Both the position numbers and the translations under genes were made by a program. Below the pieces are notes generated by a model that searched no databases, was not told the DNA's origin, and saw only the letters and a list, made by a program, of their open reading frames with translations. A DNA stretch of 64,000 nucleotides from a virus (Duplodnaviria; Caudoviricetes): IMG/VR virus record IMGVR_UViG_3300028072_000001, positions 4,203-68,202 of that record; one strand, 5' to 3'. Below are positions 34,301 through 43,634 of this stretch, one piece after another. Numbering within the stretch: position 1 is the first letter of the stretch; each line of letters begins with the position of its first letter.

Positions 34301-36589
34301 TCCCAGAAGGTTCAGAGTCGCGCTACGGGCTCCAGCGGCTGCCGGCGTGAACCGTAGATTAATAGTGCAAGAACCGCTTGCGGTGATTAAGCCCCCGTTC
34401 GCGCACGTTCCCGTTCCGAGATTCGTAAAGTCAGTGGAATTGGTTCCGGTAATCGTAAAATATGGACTGGCGAGCGTTTCCGTGGCCGTTCCAGTATTTG
34501 TGACGGTCACAGTCAGCGGCGAGCTTGGCGTGCTTACCACCTGGTTTCCAAAAGCCGCAGGGCTTGGCGAAAGACCGATGACAGGGAGAGTGCCCGTTCC
34601 CGTCAATCCTTCCGTCGCGAAGATCGTGCCTTGAATCGTCAGCGTGGCCGTTCTGGAGCCCGTTGCGGACGGAGTGAATGTCAGGTTCACCGTGCAAGAG
34701 CCGCTTACCGGAATGCTTCCCCCGTTGGTGCAGGTTCCCGTGCCGGCATTGGCGAAGTTATTCGCGTTCGTTCCGGTGATTGTCCAGTAGGGCGTTGAAA
34801 GCGTCTGCGCGGCTGTCCCGCTGTTGGATACGGTGATTGTCAGCGGAGCGCTGGTCGTCGCTTGCAGTTGATTCCCGAAAGCTGCCGGATTCGGAGAAAA
34901 ACTAAGTACCGGACTGCCAGCGCTTCCCGATTGATATGCGCCAGGGTCCCAACTGCCGGTTGCCGGTCTCGCCACTCCATTGAAGTCTGTGCAAAGAGGA
35001 GTGAGATTCCCGACGCACAAAGCGGTAAGGTTCGTGCCTTTCCCGAAAAGAGTCGAACCCGCGCCAGGGATGCCGGTCGTGGTATTGACATTGAAAGCCG
35101 ATGGCAGCGAAGCAAGAGAATTTGCTTCTTGTCCGCTGGACGGAGCGAATAACGGCTTCCAAGTCGGGAAGTCCACGAAAGCGCAAGCACCGCCGCAAGT
35201 CTTAACAAAATACTGCCCTGTCGTCGGGCTGATTCCATAGAAGTTGAAATCAAGTCCGCCAGTCACGAACGTTGGAGGCGTGTTGCCGTACTGATTGACC
35301 GCAGGACCACCACCGCCAGGACTATTCAAAACAATCACGTTGTTCCTGAAGTCTGAGTTCGTTCCTTCCATCTTGGCGAGCGATGCCGCCTGTCCGCTGA
35401 TCGTGACCACGGTATTGTTGTAGGCGTGGCCAGAGCCGAGACTGCCGACGGTCAGACACAGCGAGCCGTTATTCCAGCTTCGTCCCGCCGGCGACGTGAA
35501 AACGTTGTTGAATACCCAAATCGAAGTCGCGGCCGTCGAGCCTTCATTGAAAATATGCGCGGTATTGTTTACGCCCTGGTCGCCTTCGAACAGGTTGTTG
35601 TAGATATAGACGTGGCTGAACGTGCCGCCGCCAGCCTGAAAATTGTGAACTCCGTCATGGTGATATTTATTGGTCGTGGTATCCCAGTTGGACCAGTCGC
35701 GCAAAATGTTGTGGTGGATAAACACTGAATCCATCGTTTGAGTTGTGACCGATGGCGCAAGGTCGTGGTCGGAATTATAAATGTCGTTGAAACTGACGGT
35801 GATATTTGAGCTTTGCAGCCCGAAATAAAGCGCCCACAGCGCATCGTGAATCTGATTGTTGGTGATCGTGAGATTGCTGGCGCCTTGCGCGTGGACCGCA
35901 GAAGGGTCAGGCTGCGTTGGAGCCAAGTCGGAAGGAGAAGAATGGACATAGGCATTCTGCAAAACTAGGTTCTGAATCGTTACCCGATTCGTGTTGTCGA
36001 TATTGATTAATTCCGATGCGGCAATTTGGTTTGCCAAAGCAGAACCGTTCTGCGTGGATTCGATAATTCCATTCGGAACAAAAGTCCCGAACCACGGATT
36101 GCCAGTTCCAAGGCCGTCCAAAGCAAAGTCAGTTTTGCCGTTGCCGTTGAAACATCCAGTTACAGGGCAGACGGTTTGAGAAAGTTTTGCGCCAGGTTCA
36201 AAGAGAATGCCGACCGGACTGCCGACTCCGCCGCTTCCTTGCATGGTTAAACTGGTCGAGATGCTTCCGCAAAGGTGGACGCCTGTCCCTGGACCGATCT
36301 GAATGCCCGTAGGACTTCCAGCCGTCCAGTTCGCCACGTTGTTGAAGTAGGTGACTGGCTTGGCGTTGTTGCAGTCCGCTCCTGTTTGGCCACCGGCACC
36401 GGATTGAGAAATGTAGACGTTGTTTACAAAGGTCAGCGTCAGCAGTTTGCGTTTGAGCAGTTCCTTTTTCAGAACCGCATGGTAGACGGGAGGCTTAGGT
36501 TTCGGCTTGTGGCTCTGATAGAAGAAAAAAGACAAAGCAATGCCGATGCCTACACCGACTGCCGTCGCAATTTTTAGAGGTCGTCTCAC
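31316..36589 (-). CDS. Giant adhesin/tailspike-like protein: N-terminal TM anchor, pectin-lyase-like beta-helix and 10 ASH/choice-of-anchor D Ig-like repeats
   Basis: 1757 aa; N-terminal KIATAVGVGIGIALSFFFY; Asn-rich beta-helix rungs (ITNNQIH, SFNDIY, IYNNLF, AYNNTV); ten ~109-aa AFGNQ...C...C...FTP...LTGTG repeats. Confidence 0.8.
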   Translation of the reverse strand: MRRPLKIATAVGVGIGIALSFFFYQSHKPKPKPPVYHAVLKKELLKRKLLTLTFVNNVYISQSGAGGQTGADCNNAKPVTYFNNVANWTAGSPTGIQIGPGTGVHLCGSISTSLTMQGSGGVGSPVGILFEPGAKLSQTVCPVTGCFNGNGKTDFALDGLGTGNPWFGTFVPNGIIESTQNGSALANQIAASELINIDNTNRVTIQNLVLQNAYVHSSPSDLAPTQPDPSAVHAQGASNLTITNNQIHDALWALYFGLQSSNITVSFNDIYNSDHDLAPSVTTQTMDSVFIHHNILRDWSNWDTTTNKYHHDGVHNFQAGGGTFSHVYIYNNLFEGDQGVNNTAHIFNEGSTAATSIWVFNNVFTSPAGRSWNNGSLCLTVGSLGSGHAYNNTVVTISGQAASLAKMEGTNSDFRNNVIVLNSPGGGGPAVNQYGNTPPTFVTGGLDFNFYGISPTTGQYFVKTCGGACAFVDFPTWKPLFAPSSGQEANSLASLPSAFNVNTTTGIPGAGSTLFGKGTNLTALCVGNLTPLCTDFNGVARPATGSWDPGAYQSGSAGSPVLSFSPNPAAFGNQLQATTSAPLTITVSNSGTAAQTLSTPYWTITGTNANNFANAGTGTCTNGGSIPVSGSCTVNLTFTPSATGSRTATLTIQGTIFATEGLTGTGTLPVIGLSPSPAAFGNQVVSTPSSPLTVTVTNTGTATETLASPYFTITGTNSTDFTNLGTGTCANGGLITASGSCTINLRFTPAAAGARSATLNLLGTVNASDSLTGTGTQAAISVTPSPGAFGNQNVNTTSGPLTLTVTNTGTATETLSTPYFTITGTNSSNFANAGTGTCANGGTIAPSATCTVNLTFTPSAAGARSGTLNILGTVNGSDSLTGTGVAPVVSLSPTSIAFGNQTINTSSGNQAVTLTNTGTSTLTITSITLTGANAAEFSTNSSTCGASLVAGASCSLNVVFTPTTAASKTANLTFTTSAATSPDNVALTGTGVVPAVPVLSFSPSPGAFGNQLQNTTSAGLTVTVSNIGTGAEVLSTPFFTITGANGTDFARSGGTCANGGTIAVSGSCTVILTFTPLGTGSRTGTLNISGTANGSNVLTGTGIQPIIGLSPSPAAFGNQLQGTTSGGLTVTVSNTGTGTETLGTPFFTITGTNASNFAQSGGTCVNAGTIAPSASCTIILTFTPSATGARTATLTIQGTVNATDSLTGTGTFPAVALAPNPMAFGNQNVNTTSSPVTVTLSNTGTASEVLATPYFTITGTNSTNFANAGTGTCANGGTVAASSSCTINLTFTPSATGSRTATLNVFGTVNATTNLSGTGIAAVVSLNPTSIAFGNQTTSTSSGNTLVTLTNTGTATLTISSIALTGTNSNQFSTNGSTCGATLAAAASCTLNVVFSPTTIGAKSASLTFSTSAASTPDNVTLTGTGVSAGTPALSFSPTPADFGSQTQATTGPPLTITVTNTGTAPEVLSTPYFVIGGTNGTNFANSLTGTCANGGTIAASSSCTVIMTFTPSAIGTRSGTLTIQGTVNGSNPLTGIGQPTGAVSLTPTSIAFGNQDSGTTSNPRSVVLVNIGGSTLTITSIALTGTNANQFLIDTNTCGATLAASASCSWNVSFSPNVVQSDTANVTVTTSASTSPDNIPLTGTGRTPTPPSTPAPAIVIVRAFPVGSVLVNENAGGVSPKNFQVSLGGCSQDGVNFQNPCRFAITCGNCGRQTTVRFNGTQVSQSYSKGVVTVSIPVTLFTLPATPTDYSFSLLN
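31650..34915 (-). repeat. Ten tandem ~327-nt Ig-domain coding repeats in an AAAB-AAAB-AB arrangement
   Basis: Protein-level comparison: repeats 1/5/9, 2/6, 3/7 and 4/8/10 resemble each other most. Confidence 0.8.
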
Positions 36590-37455
36590 AGTCTCACAAT
36601 TTCCAATCTATGTTTGCGATTGTCCCAAGGAATCTTTTTTTGCGGCACGTTTCGATACTTTATGACCATCGGGAATCCGGTGTTTAGCCCAGAAGTGGAA
36701 GGCACTGCTACTACAAGCGCGGCCCAACAAACCCGGTTCGTAGCACCGCCGCAAGTGAAAGTTGAGCCAGTGGTGGCGTTAATCGTCCAAGCCCCGGCAT
36801 AACTACCTATCGCGGCGAATCTGTCTTCTAACTCGTTGGTTCCCACGCATCCCCCTATACCCGATGCGTTGAACTGATCGGAAATTTGTTTCGTGTACCC
36901 AGAACCTGCGCTGTTGACGGTTGTATCGCTAAGAGTGCATGTGAAAATCGAACTGATAATTCTGTCATTTTGCGTTGTCACGCCGATGGTCCCGGCAGAC
37001 ACGCCGACCACGCCCGAAGTGTTACCGTGAGAACTTGCTGTTAGCCCACTATCGAGGGAACACGATGTTAAATTGGCATATTCCGCAACTGTAATAGCGA
37101 CGCTGGTAGCCGGCTGATTCATCGAAACGCTGAAAGTCTGTGCGCTGGTTGTATTGATTTGCGTACAAGACATTAAAATTATTTGCGCTGCGCCACCGCT
37201 GGTATCGGATTCGGCCAACTGTGACCATGAAGTTCCCGCCGTATCGCTGAAGGTAAATACTATTGTGGCTGGATTTCCGAAAGTGTACGCAGTAGCGACG
37301 AAGCGATGGCCGGAAGCCGTTGGCGTTATCGTGGTGCTGCAAGTTGCCGAGGTTCCAGTGCCGGTGCCAGTATCCCCTTTGCAGGTATTCACTGGGTCCG
37401 TTGCGCGAGCAGGAATCGCACAAAATAAAACGATCAATAGTGTTAATACTTTCAT
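36586..37455 (-). CDS. Ser/Thr-rich beta-sandwich protein with a signal peptide; tail-region accessory protein
   Basis: MKVLTLLIVLFCAIPARA|T signal peptide; basic C-terminal tail. Confidence 0.7.
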   Translation of the reverse strand: MKVLTLLIVLFCAIPARATDPVNTCKGDTGTGTGTSATCSTTITPTASGHRFVATAYTFGNPATIVFTFSDTAGTSWSQLAESDTSGGAAQIILMSCTQINTTSAQTFSVSMNQPATSVAITVAEYANLTSCSLDSGLTASSHGNTSGVVGVSAGTIGVTTQNDRIISSIFTCTLSDTTVNSAGSGYTKQISDQFNASGIGGCVGTNELEDRFAAIGSYAGAWTINATTGSTFTCGGATNRVCWAALVVAVPSTSGLNTGFPMVIKYRNVPQKKIPWDNRKHRLEIVRL

Positions 37456-40187
37456 TAGTTTGCCTGTACTACAATCAATCTTGGGAAAGTGATCGTCGCT
37501 CCATAAAATTCTGCGTTAGTGGCGGTATCGGTCGCCCTTCCAACCGTGATCTGCATAAGCGCCCCGGCCACGCATCCGGTTACGTCGGTGGAGTTCATTT
37601 GAACATTTGAACTCGACCAGAACCTATTCGCGTTTCCGTTTAGCGTAGTCGTTGAAAGCGAATGCGCTGCGTTCGCCGCCACATCATCCGTGGTGCTTCC
37701 GTCGCCTTTGTAGCAAGCAACCTGAATCGACGGAATAATCGTATGGCCGTTCGTCGCGTCGGTCGAGGCGAGTTGAAACCGGATATACGGATTGCTTGAC
37801 GTGTCCCAATCTTCGGGAATTGGAACTTGGAAAGTGGCGAACGTGCTCGCCGTGTCGGTTATCGAAATGTAGCCGCCGAGGTTGTTTGTTCCGGCGCGGC
37901 ACGTCACTGTCCCGCCAGAGCCGATGCTCCAGCCATTTCCGCCCGTAGCGTTATTGCAATTCGCCGCAGGGATGAATTTCACGTCGGGAAAATCTATGTA
38001 TGCGGGGTCAGCAGTTGTCGTAGCTCGCAGAATTTGTCCAGTCGTTCCGGCGCCAACCCCAGTGAGAGCAGAGCCATTGCCTTGATTGATTGCTACGCTG
38101 TGCGCTGTCGCTCCAGTGTTGACATTACAGGTTGAACCGAGCGTGCAGGTTTGTCCGTTGGCCGTAGTCGCTGAATTGGCGAGCATGGCGTTTGCAACGG
38201 TCGAGCATGTTCCCGCAGACGTGCTCTGACTGATTGCAGTAACGACCTGATTGGTGCAGGCCGTTCCATTCGCGAGCGTCGGGTTAGGATACGTCCCTGC
38301 CAATGCACCACCAGCAGCGCCGGACGGAGGAGCGCCAACTGCCGTCGCTTTGCAAGTCGAAATAGTAGTTCCGGCAGCCACCGTGCAGGACCAAGTTACG
38401 CTGGCGTTGTCCGCCAAGTTTGTCGTCTGCTGCGTGTTCTGCCCGTTTACCTGCAACTGAAAGGAAGACGAACCGCTGCCGGAGAGCGTGCTCTGAATCT
38501 GAATCCAGTCGAGATAGAAGCCGATGGAGCCGCCAGTGCCGAGGACTTGGAAGCGCACGCGATCGGCAACCGTAGTGCCAAGCGCAAAGACAGAAAGCGG
38601 AATCACGATTTGCTGGTAACTGGTAATGTTGGTCTGGTTGAATCCGAACACGCCATTCTTGAAAGCCACGCAGTTGCCTACCACCGTCGCGCTATTCAAG
38701 AAACAGATTTGCAGCGATTTGGCGCTTGGCCAACTGGCTTTATTCCTAATGTTGAAAGAGAGCGTGCTATAAGTCGAGAAATTCACTGTGCCGCTGTTTA
38801 TAAGCGATACGCCGTTTGTGGCGACCGCCGTCGTCGCTTCTATGTCATGGGTCAGATGGAAAGGATTGTTGGTCGAATTGCAGTTGAAATTCGCCGTGGG
38901 CGTGCAAGTGTATTCGGTCGGCGGAGTGGAGTTTTCATCGTAGACCAAAATACTTGATAGCGTCGGTGTCGTGGCAGTCGCCGCGATGGTAACAAATGTC
39001 AAGGACAACTGACTGGTAGGGTCAACAGTAGGAGCCGCGGGACTTCCCGCCGGCGTTCCGGTAATCGCCACGCAAGCCCCAGAACTGTTTACCGCGATCA
39101 CGTCAATGCGCGGGTTCGTCGGGTCGGCCGCCGAAAGCGTAATGTTGGTTTGAGCCGAGTTGTAAACCGTACCGCCGATGGCATACGTCGCAGCGGAGCA
39201 GGTAAAATTCAGCAGTCCTGTCCAGACCACTCCACCACCGGAAATCAATCCATTCACTACGGGCGGCTGTGAAATCGGCTGTGTGCTCGCCACACGCGCA
39301 ATCCAGTTTGAAGTAGTGGGCGAAGACCAGGTAGCGTACTGCCCTTTCTGCAAGGTCAGCGAAGGCTGCCCGTCGAAACAGTTTGAGCCGTCGCAATAGG
39401 TTATGACTGCCGTAGTCTGCGGAGTGAATGTGTACGGCCCTAAGCCTTCCGCGATCGTCACAAAAGACGGATTCCCATTGAAACCAGTGCTGGCAGGGTC
39501 GGGAACTGTAATTGCCGTAGGACTGTTGCTCGTATATTCGATTGTTTGCGGAGTCCGGTCAGCAGCAACGATTGTGTCTGTGGTTCCCGAAACTACGCGG
39601 CCAGGAAGTCCCGCAAGCGCCCATTGCGGCAGCGTCGCGCCACCGGACGGAGTAGAAATCAACGTCTGAGTAACTGTATCTGGAGTTGTCGGCGCCGGCA
39701 GACGCGCCACTGAATTACTTCCATTTCCAACGAGCAAGTCTGCCAGAACCCATCCCGTAGGCATCGCCCAAGTCAGCGTTCCAGAAGTCGTAACCGGAGA
39801 GCCGGAAACGACCATTCCAGTTGGAGCCGCCAAGCCTACGCTGTTTACGTTTCCACCACCACCGCCACCGCCCCCAGAAAGACAACTTGCGCCCGTAGAA
39901 GTGAGGCAAGCCATTTGACCAGTTCCAGAGTCGCAGTAGAAGCGCGCATTGCCGCTAGGAGGATTCGAAGGCGTAGTCGTGCATTGGAAATCGAAAATTC
40001 CCGCCTTCTGAATCTGGACGTGCGCTTGTGGGTCTGGAGCCGCTTCAGACTTTTCTAGGTCTGCTGCGCGAAAGTCAACGTAGTCGATCTTTCCTTCGGC
40101 ATTGGTGTGTGTAGTGACAGGTTGACGATACTGGCCGAATGCCGGAATCGCAGCCAGCAAGAGCAACGCAAGAAACGTCTTTTTCAT
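37455..40187 (-). CDS. Tail fibre/receptor-binding-like protein with a signal peptide and a CBM-like domain
   Basis: MKKTFLALLLLAAIPAFG|Q from ATG 40187 (GAGG SD); G/T/S-rich fibre segments; central lectin/CBM-like domain ending YLDWIQI. Confidence 0.7.
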   Translation of the reverse strand: MKKTFLALLLLAAIPAFGQYRQPVTTHTNAEGKIDYVDFRAADLEKSEAAPDPQAHVQIQKAGIFDFQCTTTPSNPPSGNARFYCDSGTGQMACLTSTGASCLSGGGGGGGGNVNSVGLAAPTGMVVSGSPVTTSGTLTWAMPTGWVLADLLVGNGSNSVARLPAPTTPDTVTQTLISTPSGGATLPQWALAGLPGRVVSGTTDTIVAADRTPQTIEYTSNSPTAITVPDPASTGFNGNPSFVTIAEGLGPYTFTPQTTAVITYCDGSNCFDGQPSLTLQKGQYATWSSPTTSNWIARVASTQPISQPPVVNGLISGGGVVWTGLLNFTCSAATYAIGGTVYNSAQTNITLSAADPTNPRIDVIAVNSSGACVAITGTPAGSPAAPTVDPTSQLSLTFVTIAATATTPTLSSILVYDENSTPPTEYTCTPTANFNCNSTNNPFHLTHDIEATTAVATNGVSLINSGTVNFSTYSTLSFNIRNKASWPSAKSLQICFLNSATVVGNCVAFKNGVFGFNQTNITSYQQIVIPLSVFALGTTVADRVRFQVLGTGGSIGFYLDWIQIQSTLSGSGSSSFQLQVNGQNTQQTTNLADNASVTWSCTVAAGTTISTCKATAVGAPPSGAAGGALAGTYPNPTLANGTACTNQVVTAISQSTSAGTCSTVANAMLANSATTANGQTCTLGSTCNVNTGATAHSVAINQGNGSALTGVGAGTTGQILRATTTADPAYIDFPDVKFIPAANCNNATGGNGWSIGSGGTVTCRAGTNNLGGYISITDTASTFATFQVPIPEDWDTSSNPYIRFQLASTDATNGHTIIPSIQVACYKGDGSTTDDVAANAAHSLSTTTLNGNANRFWSSSNVQMNSTDVTGCVAGALMQITVGRATDTATNAEFYGATITFPRLIVVQAN

Positions 40188-40195
40188 CGTGAACC

Positions 40196-40876
40196 TCAAA
40201 TGTTGATACGAACAATTCCCGTGGGAAGAGTTCCACCTGCAAGGTCCTGCCAGAGAACGCGGAGAAACTTAAACCTGGTCTGCGTGCTGGAACGGCTGTC
40301 CGACGGCAACTGCGTGCTTCGATCGATTTCGATATATTGGCTGTCCACGTCAAAGTCAGCGCCTTGCAGGATTGCGGTTATCACCGCTGGCGAAGAAGGA
40401 TAAAAAGTGCTCCACTGAACCGTGAGTCCGTTTTCGTTGTGGCCAGCAATATCCTGAATCGCAAATGCTTGGCTCGCTCCGTTCGCGCACGTTTCCCCTA
40501 TTTCCGGCATGGGCACATAGCCCATACCAGTGTCGGCCACAGCCACAACATCAGCATGCACCAGTTGAAAGGTAATCAAGCCGATGCCAGTCACGGAGTC
40601 GAACAGGACCGTAGCAATCGCCACATTCAGGATGTTGAAAGAACCGCCGGCGGCACTCGTACCGCGAATGGTAATCAGACTTCCGACCGTGGGAATTTTG
40701 CCTTCGCGAATCGTTACCGTGACCGTGGCGACGTTGCTTGAAATAGCGACGGTTAAAATCTGGAGTAGCGTGGTGGGAAATTTGGAGTCGAGAGAACCAA
40801 AAGCGTAGCCGGTCACTCCAGGTTGCAGCACCTTGGGAAAAGTGTTGACGCCTGGAGAAGAATTGTACGGTGGCAT
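40196..40876 (-). CDS. Tail-region adaptor-like protein, paralog B
   Basis: 226 aa; clearly paralogous to 43635-44321 (LQPG.GYAFGSLD...TLLQI...SQAFAIQD). Confidence 0.7.
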   Translation of the reverse strand: MPPYNSSPGVNTFPKVLQPGVTGYAFGSLDSKFPTTLLQILTVAISSNVATVTVTIREGKIPTVGSLITIRGTSAAGGSFNILNVAIATVLFDSVTGIGLITFQLVHADVVAVADTGMGYVPMPEIGETCANGASQAFAIQDIAGHNENGLTVQWSTFYPSSPAVITAILQGADFDVDSQYIEIDRSTQLPSDSRSSTQTRFKFLRVLWQDLAGGTLPTGIVRINI

Positions 40877-40942
40877 CGGGCGTGCCTTTCAGCAATGGAT
40901 TCGTTGCGGCCCGATTCCGCTTCGTCGAACTATATCACGCTT

Positions 40943-43630
40943 TCAGAATCCATAAGTAAACTTGAATCCGAAGTCTCCGCCACCTGCGATAACATAAGTG
41001 GCCGACGCAATCGCGCTGTTGGCGTAACCAGTGGCCACCGCCAAAACCTTTATGGTTTCCGAATTGTGGACCGTAATCGGTCCGCTGTAGGGCGTTGAGC
41101 CCGTTGTCGGCACGCTTCCATCGATCGTGTAGTACATCGCAAAACCGGCCAATCCAGAATCCGTGTCTAACACTGTGACCGTCTGCGTAGAGTTGTACCT
41201 TCCAGCAACGGGAGAAAATGTCGGAGTTGCTACGGCAACTTGAGTCGCTGTGAAATTAATTCCACCTACATTCAACCCACTAATAGGCACCGTCTGGTTT
41301 GAAGGAGAAAAAGAGTACCCGGTCTTACTAGGCGTGACCGTATACGTCCCGTCCTGGGCGCCAGATATGGAGTAGTTGCCAGAGGAATCGGCGGTAACTG
41401 AACCGCTGGTAGGCCCGGTATATGAGACGGTGGCTCCGGCTATCCCCGCATTCCCTGAAATCAGTACTGTCGAAACCGCTCCTCCAGCCCATCCCGTAAT
41501 CTGCGCGTTGGTAACCGCCACTGGAGCGAACAGACAAACTCCCGCTGCTCCAGTTGCAATGTCGGTATCGACAACCGTCGTGACCAAGTTTCCGTTAATG
41601 TAGGCGGAAAGCGTGGTTCCTTCGACCACTCCGGTCAGAACGTCTCCCACAAATACAGTTCCGTAGCTGGCGTAAGTTGCAAGGGTTGTAAGGACTCCCG
41701 CTAGGTATTTATCGAAACGGACACTGCAAGTTCCTCCAAGCGCTCCGACAACCGAGATTACATAGCACGTGGCGACGCCACTGGTATTTCCGCGCAGAAT
41801 GACTCCGTTTCTGGCGGTAGCCCCTACGCTGGCTCCTAATGGCGTTTGCGACCACTGATTTGCTGGCCATGCAAGCGCATTCCAATAAGAGGCTCCCTGA
41901 ATCGTTCCGTCAGCGGATGCTGGCTCCATCTTGTTCGAAGCAAGTTGCATCGCTCCAAAAGCAGCGCTGGAAGCGAGTGTTGACCAGTTCCCGCCAATGG
42001 GATTGGCGTTGCCTCCGCTGAATGTATCGGAAGCCAAAAGAGTGAGTTGAACGACCAAACTGATATTGGAAGGAATAGGAACGTTCTGAATGCCTTCAGT
42101 GGTCGTAACCAGTTGAGAAAAGGGGATGGACGCAACAGCGCAGCTAATGGAAAAATTGGCTCCGCTGCTCCCGTCAAAAGTGATCGTCATATACATGTAA
42201 ACGCTGCCGTTTACTTCGATCAGAGAGGGGTCAGCGACTTGTCCAGCTTGCTCGCCTACGCCTTCACCGCTGGTGCTGCGGTAGAACGTGGATACGGACA
42301 GTAAATTGAATGGTCCTGCGGGACCGGAGCCGATATACCGCGTAATATCTGACGGAAGCGAGCCATTTCCGCGTGCTGGTAATCCAGGCTGAACTATTTG
42401 CGACCAGCCGTAATAGCTTCCCCCGATAAGGTGAAAATCCATGTTGCTTGGAAATTCTTCGATTAGTACCGGGTTTGCCGAATCCTTCGTCCAATTGATT
42501 AGATCGGTCGAAGTTGCATGGCCCATGATGTAGTTAGTGTTGTAATTTGCGAGGTTTATGGAAGTGTAGTATCCATGCCACGTACCGCCGCCATCCTGAC
42601 CGGCGACACAAAGCTGTCCAAAGAAAGTAGCGCCTTCCCAGAACTGCGTAATGGTGAGAGCCGTGGCGTTCTGCAACGTCCAAGGCCCGACTAAATCTGT
42701 GGCCGTGTAAACCTTGATCGGTCCCGATTGCACTCCGGTATACAAGTAGTAGGTAGAACCATTCTTGAACACCTTGGGATAGGGTTTTGCGCCAGCGATG
42801 ATCGGATTGCTTCCGTATCTTGTCCAGCCGGTAATTCCATCGATACTCTCTGCGTAGCAAAGTCCCGCCGTGGTGCTGAAAATCATCTTGAATACGGTCC
42901 CAGAAAATATCTTTGAGCCGGATTCGTAGAACACATTCGGCTGGCCGGGACTGTCCGCAGCAATCGGAGAAATGATTGCACCCTTGTTTACCCAAACTCC
43001 ATTCGATACTGAAAGTGAAGCTGTGGACGGAGAGCGGGTAAACGCCGCAGCCATTGCCACCCAAGAAACCGCAGAACTGTAAGTACCTGAAAATGTCTCT
43101 GTGGTGTTGCTGTCGTTGAGGATACGAAACAAACCCACGTTTCCGTTTGCCAGAGCATCCTGAACAAAGGAGCCAGTCGAACTGATAGTCAGGCTGTTTG
43201 CTGTTCCGTTTCCCACCCCTCCGATGATTATGTTGTTGGTGCTAGGGGTGAAATTGATTACCGGAGCGGCAAAATTCGTTCCAGTTCCAGAAGCTATTTT
43301 GGCGATTCTGAATGTGTTGAGGATATTCACGCCGGGAACATCGTTGGCGTACTCCCCATAAGACCATGTGTAAAAGCTGATGTTCCCGTTCGCGGTGATC
43401 GTGTTGGCTCCGCCTACGCAGTTCAGGCAAACCATCATTTGATAAATAGATGACCCAGAGTTATCAGGTGTCTTTATGACCTCAATCCACGCATTCCTTT
43501 GCGTGTCTTGAAGGATTGCGGGACCGGCATTGGTGGCCCGCATTATCACCACCAACATATTTCCTGCCGTGTTGGATTTGACCAACGTTTTGGCGGTGGA
43601 AGTAGCCGACGTTACAAGTGAATATGCCAC
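40943..43630 (-). CDS. Multidomain tailspike-like protein: five-bladed beta-propeller glycoside hydrolase-like, lectin-like, Cna-B/CarboxypepD-like and CHB_HEX_C/Fn3-associated domains
   Basis: W.R..SNPII, YPKVFK, STDLINWTK..NPVL and GQVADPSLI propeller motifs; GTYTVTPSKTGYSFSP; VATPTFSP...YYTIDGS.PT. Confidence 0.75.
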   Translation of the reverse strand: MAYSLVTSATSTAKTLVKSNTAGNMLVVIMRATNAGPAILQDTQRNAWIEVIKTPDNSGSSIYQMMVCLNCVGGANTITANGNISFYTWSYGEYANDVPGVNILNTFRIAKIASGTGTNFAAPVINFTPSTNNIIIGGVGNGTANSLTISSTGSFVQDALANGNVGLFRILNDSNTTETFSGTYSSAVSWVAMAAAFTRSPSTASLSVSNGVWVNKGAIISPIAADSPGQPNVFYESGSKIFSGTVFKMIFSTTAGLCYAESIDGITGWTRYGSNPIIAGAKPYPKVFKNGSTYYLYTGVQSGPIKVYTATDLVGPWTLQNATALTITQFWEGATFFGQLCVAGQDGGGTWHGYYTSINLANYNTNYIMGHATSTDLINWTKDSANPVLIEEFPSNMDFHLIGGSYYGWSQIVQPGLPARGNGSLPSDITRYIGSGPAGPFNLLSVSTFYRSTSGEGVGEQAGQVADPSLIEVNGSVYMYMTITFDGSSGANFSISCAVASIPFSQLVTTTEGIQNVPIPSNISLVVQLTLLASDTFSGGNANPIGGNWSTLASSAAFGAMQLASNKMEPASADGTIQGASYWNALAWPANQWSQTPLGASVGATARNGVILRGNTSGVATCYVISVVGALGGTCSVRFDKYLAGVLTTLATYASYGTVFVGDVLTGVVEGTTLSAYINGNLVTTVVDTDIATGAAGVCLFAPVAVTNAQITGWAGGAVSTVLISGNAGIAGATVSYTGPTSGSVTADSSGNYSISGAQDGTYTVTPSKTGYSFSPSNQTVPISGLNVGGINFTATQVAVATPTFSPVAGRYNSTQTVTVLDTDSGLAGFAMYYTIDGSVPTTGSTPYSGPITVHNSETIKVLAVATGYANSAIASATYVIAGGGDFGFKFTYGF

Positions 43631-43634
43631 TTAT

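Noticed and set aside
31650-34915. CRISPR array or diversity-generating retroelement template/variable repeats
   Set aside because: The repeats are ~327-nt in-frame protein domains with divergent DNA. There is no repeat-spacer pattern, no adenine-specific mismatch pair was seen, and no reverse transcriptase is present.
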